From an uncultured Gammaproteobacteria bacterium (GTDB lineage: Bacteria; Pseudomonadota; Gammaproteobacteria; Steroidobacterales; Steroidobacteraceae): a DNA stretch of 64,000 nt. Position numbers and translations under genes: made by a program. Below, piece by piece: positions 9,731 through 20,700 of this stretch. Under the pieces are notes generated by a model. The model saw only the letters and a list, made by a program, of their open reading frames with translations, did no database searches and was not told the DNA's origin. How positions within the stretch are numbered: the first letter of the stretch is position 1; each line of letters opens with the position of its first letter. The stretch lies in NCBI GenBank assembly GCA_963793685.1, contig CAWCBJ010000004.1:82618-146617 (forward strand), given 5' to 3'.

Positions 9731-10479
9731 TAGATCAAACCCTTTTTCTTGAGTACATCGACAAGTTCAGCCACATCCTTGACCATGACGCCTTTCTGGC
9801 GTTGAGGGGGCGGTTCGGTCTTCACGGTCTTGAGCAGTTGACCCGCACTTACGCCGAGCGCATCGAGCGACGTGACGTCCAACGGCTTCTTCTTGGCCTT
9901 CATGATGTCCGGCAGTTTCACGTAGCGCGGTTCATTCAATCGCAGATCCACGGTGATGACGGCCGGCAAATCCACTTCGATGGTCTCGAGGCCGCTATCC
10001 ACCTCGCGGGTGACCGCCGCTTTGGAACCGTCGATCTCGACTTTGGAAGCGTAAGTGGCCTGCGGTCGCTCCCAAATTGCCGCGAGCATCTGTCCGGTTT
10101 GGTTGGCATCGTCGTCGATGGCCTGTTTGCCCAGAAAAATCAAATCCGGATTCTCCTTTTTAGCCAGCGCGAGAAAGGTCTGCGCGGCCGTCAGCGGCTC
10201 CACCGGCTGGTCCGTTTGCACCAAAATCGCCCGGTCGGCGCCCATTGCCAAGGCGGTGCGCAATTGTTGCTGCGTTTCGGCCACCCCGATGCTCACCGCC
10301 ACCACTTCGATATTCGAACCTCGCTCCTTGATGCGCAGCGCCTCTTCGAGCGCGATCTCATCGAACGGATTCACGCTCATTTTGACGCCATCGAGCATCA
10401 TGCCGCTGCCGTCGGGCTTGACGCGCACGCGCACGTTGTAGTCGACGACACGTTTGATGCAAACCATGATCTTCTGCAT
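9730..10479 (-). CDS. etfB: electron transfer flavoprotein beta subunit
   Basis: MQKIMVCIKRVVDYNVRVRVKPDG... AAGGAG lies 7 nt upstream of the ATG at 10479. The 1-nt overlap with etfA suggests coupling. Confidence 0.9.
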   Translation of the reverse strand: MQKIMVCIKRVVDYNVRVRVKPDGSGMMLDGVKMSVNPFDEIALEEALRIKERGSNIEVVAVSIGVAETQQQLRTALAMGADRAILVQTDQPVEPLTAAQTFLALAKKENPDLIFLGKQAIDDDANQTGQMLAAIWERPQATYASKVEIDGSKAAVTREVDSGLETIEVDLPAVITVDLRLNEPRYVKLPDIMKAKKKPLDVTSLDALGVSAGQLLKTVKTEPPPQRQKGVMVKDVAELVDVLKKKGLI

Positions 10480-10489
10480 TAATGACTCC

Positions 10490-11320
10490 TTAATCAGCCG
10501 CTTGCGGCGCGCCCTTGCGGTGCGCACCGGCGGACTGATCCGCGACTTGTTGTTCCGAGAATGAAAGACTGATCCTGGCCGCGCACTGTCGCAGCTTTGG
10601 TAAAAAGCGCTCGAGCGCCCCCTGGAGCGGCACGGCGGCGGCGGCGAATCGCACGCACAGGCACGCCAAGACGCGTCCGTTCAACAATATCGGCACGCTC
10701 AGACTGATCTCTTCGAGCGATCGCCGCGCGCTCGATGTGTGCGCGTAACCCTGTGTTTTGACCTCGGACAGCTTGGTTTGCAGTTGTGTCTGCGGCGGCC
10801 GCGCAAGTGCATCCTGGTCCTTGGGAGAGCGCGCCAGGACGTCGATGAGCGCCTCGCGTTCCGGCGCCGGGCAGAAGGCGAGGTACGCGAGACCCGCGGC
10901 GCTCCCCAGCATCGGCGCGCGAAAGCCCGGGGAAAGGCGCAGGCTGGCGAGAGGGCTCGCGTGGTCGGTGGTTTCGCGCGCGATCATCGCGTCACCCGAG
11001 GGCGTGGAGAGCGCGACCGGCCATACGATGTCCCGGGACAACTCATGGATCAACGGTTTGGCGATCTGCTTGACCCATGCCTCATCGTCGAAACCGCCGC
11101 TCAGGGCGCGAACCTTGAGGGTTAGACGATAGCGATCGTCGCCCTCGTCGCGAAACACGAAGCCCGCATTGCACAGAGTTTCCAAGATTCTGTAGACGGT
11201 CGTGCGCGGTAATCGGATTTCGTGCGCGACCTCGGAGACCGTCGCACCGTCGCGCATATTCAGCACCGTCAGCGCATCAAGACCGCGCATGAGCGCGCGG
11301 ATTGGGCGTGTTGATTCCAT
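10490..11320 (-). CDS. IclR-family transcriptional regulator
   Basis: wHTH VSEVAHEIRLPRTTVYRILETL plus an IclR effector domain. ATG at 11320 is preferred over the longer ORF start at 11386. Confidence 0.85.
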   Translation of the reverse strand: MESTRPIRALMRGLDALTVLNMRDGATVSEVAHEIRLPRTTVYRILETLCNAGFVFRDEGDDRYRLTLKVRALSGGFDDEAWVKQIAKPLIHELSRDIVWPVALSTPSGDAMIARETTDHASPLASLRLSPGFRAPMLGSAAGLAYLAFCPAPEREALIDVLARSPKDQDALARPPQTQLQTKLSEVKTQGYAHTSSARRSLEEISLSVPILLNGRVLACLCVRFAAAAVPLQGALERFLPKLRQCAARISLSFSEQQVADQSAGAHRKGAPQAAD

Positions 11321-11403
11321 GAAGCCTCGATCAGGTGATCCGAATAGTTTAGGGGTCAGGCCTGCGCTTGTCCACCTCGCGGTCAACCGATAGACTCGCC
11401 TCG

Positions 11404-12330
11404 ATGACCCGCTATTTTCTCATGCGTTTGGCTGGGGCGATTCCCACGCTATTTGTCATTGTCACACTGACTTTTTTTCTCATACGGGCGGCGCCCGGCG
11501 GACCCTTCGATCGGGAGCAATCGTTGCCGCCGCAAATCATGGCCAACCTGCAAAGTGCCTACGGCTTGGATCAACCCGTTTGGGTGCAATACGCCCGCTA
11601 CGTGCGCGCCTTGGGACACGGCGATTTCGGTCCCTCATTCAAATATAAGGACTTTACGGTCACCGAACTGATCGGTCAGGGCCTTCCCGTGACCCTGGAA
11701 CTCGGGACGGTTGCGTTGGGGCTCGCCTTGGCACTCGGAATCGCGATTGGAATTTTCGCTGCCCTGCGGCACAACACCCCGGCCGACTACGTCACGATGT
11801 CGCTGGCGGTGGTCGGTATTGCAATACCCTCGTTCGTGGCACTGCCGTTTCTAGGGCTGTTTTTCGGCATTTATTTGCACTGGCTGCCGGTTGCCGGCTG
11901 GGAACCGGATTCGATCCGAGATCTGGTGTTGCCGGTCGTCGCGTTGGCGCTGCCGCCGCTGGCATATATCGCGCGCCTCACGCGTGCGGGCATGCTCGAA
12001 GTGCTGCACAGCCGCTTCATCCGCACGGCCATCGCCAAGGGCCTGCCGTTGCATATGGTGATTGCGCGGCACGCGCTGCGCCCGGCGCTGGTGCCCGTCG
12101 TGGGGTACTTGGCGCCTGCCGTCGCGTCGATCATGACGGGCTCTTTGGTGGTGGAATCCATCGCTGGACTGCCTGGCGTTGGCCGCTACCTGGTGCAGGG
12201 CGCGCTCAATCGCGATTACACGCTGGTGATGGGAATGGTGATCCTCTACTCGACGGTGCTGATCGGCATGGGGCTGATGGCCGACCTGTTGTACGCCTGG
12301 CTCGACCCGCGCGTCAGGTTCGCCCGGTGA
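11404..12330 (+). CDS. ABC transporter permease, OppB/DppB family
   Basis: MTRYFLMRLAGAIPTLFVIVTLTFFLIRAAPGGPF is the typical DppB/OppB N-terminus. Multi-TM. Confidence 0.9.
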   Translation: MTRYFLMRLAGAIPTLFVIVTLTFFLIRAAPGGPFDREQSLPPQIMANLQSAYGLDQPVWVQYARYVRALGHGDFGPSFKYKDFTVTELIGQGLPVTLELGTVALGLALALGIAIGIFAALRHNTPADYVTMSLAVVGIAIPSFVALPFLGLFFGIYLHWLPVAGWEPDSIRDLVLPVVALALPPLAYIARLTRAGMLEVLHSRFIRTAIAKGLPLHMVIARHALRPALVPVVGYLAPAVASIMTGSLVVESIAGLPGVGRYLVQGALNRDYTLVMGMVILYSTVLIGMGLMADLLYAWLDPRVRFAR

Positions 12331-13178
12331 ACGGCGGCCTGTGGCGCGAACCCGGCCGGCGGCTCGGCGCGAATACCGGTGCGGTCATTGCGCTCGGCAT
12401 CGTGGTGATCCTCGTATCGATGGCGCTCGTCGGGCCGTGGCTGAGCCCGTATGACATTGAAGCGCTCGATTGGTCACATGTCGCCGCGTGGCCCGGCATG
12501 GCGCATGCGCACTGGTTCGGGACCGATCGTCTGGGCCGAGATCTGTTCGTGCGCACCCTCGACGGAGCGCGGGTGTCGCTCGCCGTCGGCCTCGTGGCAA
12601 GCGCGGTTAGTTTGAGCGTCGGTGTGAGCTATGGGGCTGTCGCGGGATATCTCGGCGGGCGCACCGATCAGATCATGATGCGCATCATCGAGATCCTGAG
12701 CGGGCTGCCGCTGATTTTTTTCGTCATATTCTTGACGGTCATCCTCGGCCGCAGCGAGACCCTGTTGTTCGTCTCGATCGGCGCCGTGGGCTGGCTGACC
12801 ATGGCGCGAATCGTGCGCGGCCGGACATTGAGCATACGTCAACAAGAGTTCATCGAGGCGGCGGTCGCTTCCGGCGCAAGCACCGCTCGCATCATAATCA
12901 AACATGTCGTGCCCAACGTCTTGGGTCCGGTGATCGTGTACGCCACGCTCACGGTGCCGCAGATCATATTGTTCGAAAGTTTTCTGAGTTTTCTCGGATT
13001 AGGGATCCAGGAGCCGCGCGCCAGTCTCGGCACGCTCATTGCGCAGGGCGCCGGAGAGATGGAGGCCGCGCCGTGGATATTACTGGTGCCGGGCGGCTTT
13101 CTCGCTCTGCTGCTGCTGAGCCTGAATATCCTCGGCGATGGGCTGCGCGATGCCCTCGACGCGAAGGAGGGCGGGTGA
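12327..13178 (+). CDS. ABC transporter permease, OppC/DppC family
   Basis: 283 aa. HWFGTDRLGRDLFVRTL motif typical of DppC/OppC. 4-nt overlap with the preceding gene. Confidence 0.9.
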   Translation: MNGGLWREPGRRLGANTGAVIALGIVVILVSMALVGPWLSPYDIEALDWSHVAAWPGMAHAHWFGTDRLGRDLFVRTLDGARVSLAVGLVASAVSLSVGVSYGAVAGYLGGRTDQIMMRIIEILSGLPLIFFVIFLTVILGRSETLLFVSIGAVGWLTMARIVRGRTLSIRQQEFIEAAVASGASTARIIIKHVVPNVLGPVIVYATLTVPQIILFESFLSFLGLGIQEPRASLGTLIAQGAGEMEAAPWILLVPGGFLALLLLSLNILGDGLRDALDAKEGG

Positions 13179-14161
13179 CGCAGCAGGACATTTCCATGCC
13201 GACTCTCAGCATAGAGAATTTGCAGGTGATCTATGCGCTTGCGGGCGGCCCCGTATCGGCTGTGCGCGAGGTGTCGTTGAAGGTGGCGTCAGGCGAGTGC
13301 CTCGGTATCGTGGGTGAATCGGGTTCCGGCAAGACCCAGGTATTCATGGCGGCCATGGGTCTGTTGGCGGGAAATGCCCAGGCGAGCGGCAGCGTGCGTT
13401 TCGATGGACGGGAAATTCTCGGTCTGACGCCTGCGGCGCTCAACCATATACGCGGCTCCGAGCTCACCATGATCTTCCAGGATCCGATGACCTCTTTGAC
13501 GCCACACTTGAAGATCGGCGTGCAGCTTGCGGAGGTCTTGGTGGTTCATCGCGGCTTCTCGTGGCGCAATGCGCTGCGCGCCGCCGGACTCATCTTGGAG
13601 CGCGTGCGCGTGCCGGAGCCGCAACGCCGCCTTCAACAATACCCGCATGAATTGTCCGGCGGGATGCGCCAGCGCGTCATGATCGGCATGAGCCTGCTGT
13701 GCGAGCCGAAGCTGCTGATCGCGGACGAACCGACCAGTGCTCTCGATGTGACGGTGCAGGCCCAGATCATGGATGTGCTGCGCGAGCTCAAGTTCGAAGC
13801 TGCGATGGCCATGATTCTGATCAGTCATGATCTTGGACTAGTGGCGGGACTGGCCGATCGAATTATCGTGATGTATGCCGGTCGAGTGGTGGAAGATGCA
13901 CCTGCCAGCGAAGTATTGCAGCGCGCGCATCATCCTTATACCGCGTTGCTCCTCGCGTGCGTGCCGAACCTGCGTGAGGCGCGGCTCGAGCGTATGCCGT
14001 GTCTGCCGGGACAGGCAATGGGCGCGGACATGCAGGAGCACGGCTGTGCGTTCGCGCCGCGCTGCCCGCGTGCGACCGAGCAATGCCATTCGCAACGGCC
14101 GCCCTTGCGCAGCCTGTATCAGTCGGTTCAAGTGGCATGCCATCATCCGCTGTCGCCGTGA
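13175..14161 (+). CDS. ABC transporter ATP-binding protein, OppD/DppD family
   Basis: Walker A GESGSGKT, signature LSGGMRQR, Walker B LLIADEPTSALD. GTG at 13175 lies behind GAAGGAGG and overlaps the upstream stop. Confidence 0.9.
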   Translation: MTQQDISMPTLSIENLQVIYALAGGPVSAVREVSLKVASGECLGIVGESGSGKTQVFMAAMGLLAGNAQASGSVRFDGREILGLTPAALNHIRGSELTMIFQDPMTSLTPHLKIGVQLAEVLVVHRGFSWRNALRAAGLILERVRVPEPQRRLQQYPHELSGGMRQRVMIGMSLLCEPKLLIADEPTSALDVTVQAQIMDVLRELKFEAAMAMILISHDLGLVAGLADRIIVMYAGRVVEDAPASEVLQRAHHPYTALLLACVPNLREARLERMPCLPGQAMGADMQEHGCAFAPRCPRATEQCHSQRPPLRSLYQSVQVACHHPLSP

Positions 14162-15126
14162 ACGGCTGTTTGCTCGAGGTGCGCGATTTGAGCGTGAATT
14201 TCGGCGCTTTCACCGCGCTTGGCGAAGTGAGCTTCCGTTTGGGCGCAGGCGAGACGCTGGGATTGGTCGGGGAGTCGGGTTCCGGAAAATCGACGCTCGC
14301 GCGGGCGCTTTTGCGCCTGATACCGGCTGCGCACGGCACCGTGATGTGGCGCGGCGTGGACCTGTTATCGTGCGACTCGGCGACCATGCGCCGACAACGC
14401 CGCGACTTGCAAATGATATTTCAGGATCCGCTGGGGAGCCTCAATCCGCGGATGACGGTGGGCGAGGTGTTGGGGGAACCGCTCGAGATCTTCGAACCCA
14501 GCCTCGCGGCGCGGGACCGTCGGGCGCGGATTGAGGAGATGCTGGAACGAGTCGGTCTGGCGCGCGACGCCGCCCGCCGGTACCCGCACGAATTCAGCGG
14601 CGGGCAGTGCCAGCGCATCGGCATCGCGCGCGCGATGATGTTGCGCCCGAAGCTATTGGTATGCGACGAACCCGTCAGCTCGCTGGACGTATCGATTCAG
14701 GGCCAGATCGTCAATTTGTTGATGGATCTGCAGCACGAGTTCGGCACCGCGATGCTGTTCATCAGCCATAATCTGGCTGTTGTCCGCCATATCAGCCATC
14801 GCGTTCTGGTCATGTATTTGGGCCGAATCGTCGAGGACGCGGCCCGCGATGCGTTGTTTGCCGCACCCGCTCACCCGTACACCCGGGCGCTGCTGGCCGC
14901 GGTGCCCGACAGCGTCGCGTCCGCGCCGGCGGGCGCCCCCCGGATTGCGGATGAGAATTTGACCGCTGCCGGCGAGCCGCCGGCGGGCAACGCAGTACCT
15001 TCCGGATGCGCATTTCGCGACCGTTGTCGGTACGCGGAGGGAATTTGCGAGCGCGAGATCCCGCAGCTCGAGCAGGCAAGTGAACTGCATGCGGTTGCCT
15101 GTCATCGCTGGCGTGCGCTTGCGTGA
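14137..15126 (+). CDS. ABC transporter ATP-binding protein, OppF/DppF family
   Basis: GESGSGKST, FSGGQCQRIGIARA, LLVCDEPVSSLD. Start is ATG 14137 or GTG 14158. Confidence 0.9.
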   Translation: MPSSAVAVNGCLLEVRDLSVNFGAFTALGEVSFRLGAGETLGLVGESGSGKSTLARALLRLIPAAHGTVMWRGVDLLSCDSATMRRQRRDLQMIFQDPLGSLNPRMTVGEVLGEPLEIFEPSLAARDRRARIEEMLERVGLARDAARRYPHEFSGGQCQRIGIARAMMLRPKLLVCDEPVSSLDVSIQGQIVNLLMDLQHEFGTAMLFISHNLAVVRHISHRVLVMYLGRIVEDAARDALFAAPAHPYTRALLAAVPDSVASAPAGAPRIADENLTAAGEPPAGNAVPSGCAFRDRCRYAEGICEREIPQLEQASELHAVACHRWRALA

Positions 15127-17738
15127 ACCGCGCCCTGTTTGAGTCCGCCGCTGCCGGACAAACAATTCTCGCTCCTAACACCGAGCTCGCCGCGGCGCTG
15201 TTCGATGCGCTCGAACGCGCACATCGCGATTCGGGCCGCGAGGTATGGCCGACGCCGCGGGTGCGCGATTTCGGTAGCTGGTTGAGGGAACGGCATATCG
15301 AGCGGCAATTCGCCGACTCATCGGCGCCGCGATGCTTGACGGACGCGGAAGAGCGTGAATTGTGGCGCACGGTGGTGCTCGAGCGCGAATCGGGCGAGAC
15401 GTATTTGGATCCGTCGGGGGCTGCGCGCGCGGCGCGTCGCGCCCGGCGAACCATGCACGAATATGCGATACCCTCGAGCGCGATCGCCGCAGACGGCAGC
15501 GAAGAATCGCAAATGTTTCTGGATTGGAATGAGCGATTCGAGGAACGCTGCCGGTCTGTTCGCTGTATCGATGCGGACCGGTTGCCAATGTCCATGGCTC
15601 GCGCTTCGCGATTGCGGGATCCGCAAGCGCAGTCCATTGTCTGGATCGAAAGTCCCCACTGGCGCCCGGTGGCGCGGCGCTGGCTGCAAGCCCAAATCGG
15701 CTCGGCACTTGAGCCGTCCGCGGTTTCACCGCCGGGCGGGCTCGAGGCATCGCGGCTGCTCAGGGCCGGCTCGCGCGCTGAGGAATTCTCGGCCATGGCC
15801 GATTGGGCGCGGCAGGGCCTGCTGGCGAGTCCGGACTTTCGCGCCTGGATATGCGTGCCCGACTTGGCTCTGTGCCGAAGCGAATTGGTCGATGCCTTTG
15901 ACGCCGCGATGGCACCGCAGCGCTTTTCGCTTGACGAGACCGCGGCAAGCGCGCCCTATGCGGTGGCAGGCGGCACGCCGCTTGCCGCCTATTCGCCGGT
16001 GCGCACGGCGCTCGATCTTTTGACGGTGAGCGCCGGGCCGGTTTCGTTCACGCAATTCAGCGCCTTGCTGCGCTCGGCGGAACTGCAGGAGTCGGCCGCC
16101 GAGGCTGGCGCGGCGTCGATTCTGGATGTGGCCTTGCGCAGCCGTGCGCCTAGCGAGATGCTGCTCGCGCACTGGCTGGCGCTTGCGCAAGCCACGGCGC
16201 GCGCCGCGTCCATGGGAGCGGTCGGCGCATTGCAGCGCCTGCAGATGAGCGCACGGATCCTCGGCGGGGTGCGCGGCCATCATCCGATGAGCCGGTGGGT
16301 TTCTCTATGGATTGCCGCATTCGAGAGTGCTCCGTGGAGCTTGCGCCGTCGGTGGTCGAGCGCCGAATATCAATCGGCCGAACGGTTTCGCGAACTGCTC
16401 GCGGCGCTTGCCGCCGGCGATCCGGTGTTCGGCACCCAATCACGCGGGGCCGCCGAGAGCATCCTGCGGCGCGCGGCGCGCGATACGGCATTCCAAACGC
16501 AAACCGGGGTTCCCGCGATCTGGGTCAGCGGTCAATTGATCGATCCGTGGCTCACTTACGAAGGTTTATGGGTCACGGGATGCTACGAGGCGCGCTGGCC
16601 GCCGCCGGTCGATCCGGTTCCCCTGCTGCCTGTTCGGTTACAAAGGGAGTATGGCGTGATCGCGGCCGGCGCGCAGGCGCAGCTGCGATTTGCCGAGGAT
16701 CTGCAGCGGCGTTGGCGCGCACGCGCACGATCCTGTGTGTTCAGTTGCGCCGATTCCGGCGATGGTCGGCATGCGGCGCCGAGTCCGCTGCTGTTGTCGA
16801 TCGCGGCGGCGCCCTGCATGTGCGCGCCGCAACCGCATTGGCTGGCGCAGTTGAACAGCGCACCCGAATTCGAGGTGCTCGCTGACGAGTGGGCGCCGCA
16901 ATTCGCCGCGGACGAGCGCACGCGGGGCGTGTCGACGCTCAGGGCACAGTCGCGCTGCGCATTTCGCGGCTTTGCCGAAACCCGATTGATGAGCGAGGCT
17001 CTCGAACGGCCCGTCCCGGGTTTCAATGAGCGCGAGCGCGGCGAATTATTACACGGCGCCTTGGAGCGTGTTTGGTCCGAACTGCACGACTCCCGGCGAT
17101 TGACGGCGCTCGGCGCAGAACAGCGCGCGGATCTGCTCGATCGCAGCGTGCGTGCGGCGATCGCGGCGCTGTGCCGGCGCCGCGATCCGGGTGCGCGCTG
17201 GCGCGAGCGCGAGCAAATTCGTCTGAACGGCGTCTTGAGCCGGTGGCTGCAAATTGAGGCTGAGCGCGCGCCCTTCGAAGTCGAACGGCTGGAAGGGGGA
17301 GCGCAGTGCGCAAGGTTCGGCGGCGTGGAGTTCAACGTGCGCATCGATCGAGTCGATCGGCTCGAGGATGGTGCGCGTGTATTGATCGATTACAAGAGCG
17401 GCGCGGCAGTCGCCGATTGGCGCGGCGATCGGCCCGATAACCCGCAGTTGCCCATCTATGCCCTGTTGCTTCCGCAGGCACTGGTCGCCGTGGCGTATGG
17501 GCGGATAAATGCATCGGAGTGTTCGTTCGTGGCCGAGGCCGAGCGCGGCGGAATTTTCAAGCGGACCGCACAAAGAACCAAGATGGAGGGCATGGATAGC
17601 CTTGCGGCCCTCATGCGCGTGTGGTCGCAGCGCATCGAGAAGCTCGCAGCGGAGTTTGCCGCGGGTCGTGCCGTGCTGGATCCGACCTTGCAGGCATGCC
17701 AGTCCTGTCATTTGCACGGCCTGTGTCGTGTCCGCTGA
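15123..17738 (+). CDS. addB: AddB-like PD-(D/E)XK nuclease family protein (helicase-nuclease complex subunit)
   Basis: 871 aa and intact. C-terminal nuclease motif RIDRVDRL...VLIDYKSG and a terminal Cys cluster [10 protein letters not shown]. Its GTG start overlaps the oppF-like stop (GTGA). Confidence 0.7.
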   Translation: MNRALFESAAAGQTILAPNTELAAALFDALERAHRDSGREVWPTPRVRDFGSWLRERHIERQFADSSAPRCLTDAEERELWRTVVLERESGETYLDPSGAARAARRARRTMHEYAIPSSAIAADGSEESQMFLDWNERFEERCRSVRCIDADRLPMSMARASRLRDPQAQSIVWIESPHWRPVARRWLQAQIGSALEPSAVSPPGGLEASRLLRAGSRAEEFSAMADWARQGLLASPDFRAWICVPDLALCRSELVDAFDAAMAPQRFSLDETAASAPYAVAGGTPLAAYSPVRTALDLLTVSAGPVSFTQFSALLRSAELQESAAEAGAASILDVALRSRAPSEMLLAHWLALAQATARAASMGAVGALQRLQMSARILGGVRGHHPMSRWVSLWIAAFESAPWSLRRRWSSAEYQSAERFRELLAALAAGDPVFGTQSRGAAESILRRAARDTAFQTQTGVPAIWVSGQLIDPWLTYEGLWVTGCYEARWPPPVDPVPLLPVRLQREYGVIAAGAQAQLRFAEDLQRRWRARARSCVFSCADSGDGRHAAPSPLLLSIAAAPCMCAPQPHWLAQLNSAPEFEVLADEWAPQFAADERTRGVSTLRAQSRCAFRGFAETRLMSEALERPVPGFNERERGELLHGALERVWSELHDSRRLTALGAEQRADLLDRSVRAAIAALCRRRDPGARWREREQIRLNGVLSRWLQIEAERAPFEVERLEGGAQCARFGGVEFNVRIDRVDRLEDGARVLIDYKSGAAVADWRGDRPDNPQLPIYALLLPQALVAVAYGRINASECSFVAEAERGGIFKRTAQRTKMEGMDSLAALMRVWSQRIEKLAAEFAAGRAVLDPTLQACQSCHLHGLCRVR

Positions 17739-20700
17739 TCCGCTCGAGGTTGCCAAAGACGGCGCTGCGCGCCGCACGGCCGTCGCGGCCAGCGGATCCG
17801 TGCTGGTGCAGGCGCCCGCGGGCAGCGGTAAAACGACCCTGCTGGTGCAGCGCTATTTGACGCTGCTCGCATCGAGCGATGCGCCGGAGCGCATTCTGGC
17901 GCTGACGTTCACCAATCGCGCCGCCCAAGAGATGCGCGAACGCGTGCTTGAAGCATTGCAGGCCGCTTCGCTCCCCGCTTGCCCGCCGTCCATGAACCGG
18001 CAAACGTGGTCGATGGCCGTCTCGGCAAAGCAACATTTGCAGGCGCGGCAAATCGATATCGAACGGCAGCCGTCCAGGCTGCGTATCGAGACCATCGATG
18101 CGTTCAACGCCTGGTTGGCGGCCCAGCTACCGATCACGGCCGGGAGCGGGAGGGCGACTTAATACGGTGGAAAATGCCGCTCCGATGTACGCGGAGGCGG
18201 CGCGGCGCGCATTGGCGCACGACGCGGCGGACTCGTTCGGATCGTCGGTGGATCGGGTGCTCGCGCTCGACGATCAGCGCTGGCGCCGACTGGTCGAGTT
18301 GATCGCGGAGATGCTGCCGAGCCGGGATCGCTGGCTGCCGCTGCTGGTGGGGCGCTTACAGGCCGCGAGCCCGCTCGATGAAGCGCAGCTGCGTCGCGTG
18401 CGGCAGCGCTTCGATGAAGATCTCGAATTGCTGGTCACGCGCACGCTGCGCAGCGCCTACGAGGCGCTGGGCGGCGAGCGAATCGCGGCCGTGTCGCCTT
18501 TGCTGCACGCCGCCGCGCAGCGTCTCGATGATGAACGCTCGGACATCGCCGAATGGCGGATCGAGAACGCGCCGCTACGGCCGGACGCGAAGCACGTCGG
18601 CCGTTGGCGCGCCATGGCGGCCCTGTGCTTGACGAACGGGACGGCGCTGCGCAAGCGGCTCACCAAGACCGAGGGATTCCCGCCGCAATGCTGCGGAGAA
18701 GCCGTTGATGTTGGAACTGCTGGCCGAACTCGCGAACATACCCGAGGCGGTGCAGGCACTTCTGGAAGTTCGCGCGCTGCCGGCGCCGCACTACCACGAT
18801 GACGACTGGGAGCGCGTGCGCGATGTGGCGCAGGTTCTAGTACTCGCCGCGGCCGAATTGGAGCGGGTGTTTCGCGAGCAGGGTGCGGTCGATTTTCCCG
18901 CCGTGTCAATGGCGGCATTGCGTGCGCTCGGAACCCCGGCCGCCCCCACCGATCTTAACTTGCGGCTCGACTATCGGCTGCAGCACATTTTGCTCGACGA
19001 ATTTCAGGACACCTCGAGCGCTCAGCTCGAAATGGTGCGACTCGTTACGGCCGGCTGGCAGCGCGGCGACGGGCGCAGCGTGTTTTGCGTCGGCGATCCC
19101 ATGCAGTCTATTTACGGATTCCGGCAAGCCGAAGTCAGGGCGTTTTTGGAACTCGCCGAGGACGGTATCGGCGACCTGCGATTCGATGTGCAGCGCCTGA
19201 GCAGCAATTTTCGCTCCGACCGAATAGTGGTGGATTGGATCAACGCCTGCTTCGCCCGAATCATGCCGCGAGCGGACGACCGCGAGCGGGGGGCCATCGC
19301 CTTTCGGCCGAGCGATTCGGCAGTTCGGACACCGGCTGCCGCCGAGCCTGCGGTCGCGGCTCCGAACGTACCAGACCCGCGGCGCCGAGGCGCTGGCGAT
19401 CGCCGAATTGATCGAGACGCGACGTCGGCAACATCCCGATTGGCGGATTGCCGTGTTGGTGCGTGCGAGAGCCTATGCGCGCGAAATCGCGAGCTGCCTG
19501 CGCGCGCGCGGGGTCGCATTTCGCGCCGTGGACCTCGAGCCGTTGCAGGATCACGACGCGGTGCGGGATTTGGTCATGCTGGTCTGTGCGCTGCTGCATC
19601 TCGGCGATCGCACGGCCTGGTTGGCGGTGCTGCGCGCCCCGTGGGTCGGGCTCACACTCGCGGATCTGCTGATCGTGGCTCGCACCGGACCGATCGTCTG
19701 GGACGCCCTGCGCGACGATGCGGTGCTCGGGCTGTTGAGCGAACAGGGCAGGGCGCGCTGCAGACGGCTGCGGCCCATCCTTGAGGCCGCCTTCCGCGTG
19801 CAAAGCCACGGGACCCTCGCACGCTGGGCGGAACGCACCTGGCTTGTCATCGGAGGCCCCTCGTGCGTGGCGGACCCGTCGGAGCTGGATCATGTACGCG
19901 TGGTGTTCGCGCGGTTGCGGGAGCTCGAACAACGCGGGCTTCCCGACGCGGCGGACCTCGCAGACAGCTTTGCCGATCTATTTGCCGATAGCGGCGGCTC
20001 GAGCGCGGTTGAAATCATGACCATCCACAAGGCGAAGGGTCTTGAATTCGATATGGTGGTGCTGCCGGCGCTCGACCGGCACCCGGGATCGAATCGCGAC
20101 CAGCTGCTGCTCGTGCATCAGTTTGCGCGTACCAGCCGCGACGGCATGGTGATGGCCGCGCGCCCCGCCGTCGGCGCCGACAAGGATCGACTATTCGAAT
20201 TTCTGCGCCGCCGAGCTCAGGATGCCGCGGCGCTCGAGTCCGAGCGGTTGCTGTACGTGGCATGTACCCGCGCCAAATGGCAGTTGCATTTGACCGCGAC
20301 CATCGATTCGCGCGAAGCAGGATCCCGATGAAGGATCCGGCAAGGCGGCCGGCGACGCGGTCGACGAGCCGGACGGCGCGCGGCGCTGGAAGCCGCGCGC
20401 GGGTAGCCTGCTCGCTGTGCTGTGGCCCACCGTGGGTGCTGGATTTCGTCGCCGCTGCGCGCTCATCGGTCATGAACTCCCCTTCGGCGCGCGATGCTCC
20501 GCTGGCCGGCACGGCGATCGATTCCGGATCGCGCGGCGGACCGCTGCGCCGCGTACCCGGTGGCTGGTCTCCGGCCAACGTTTTCGCGCAGTTCGGCGCT
20601 GATGCTCCGCTGCCCGCACGCTTGCGCGAGGAGACCCCGGTATTCGACTGGGCCGGGGAGACGGCCCGGCGCGTCGGCAGCTTGGTGCACGCCGAACTTC

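Noticed and set aside
20315-20345. Two GGATCC sites 14 nt apart (GGATCCCGATGAAGGATCC) at one addA frameshift junction, as a possible cloning or engineering scar
   Set aside because: The short palindromic hexamer is expected by chance in GC-rich DNA. The flanking sequence translates into AddA-like protein on both sides.
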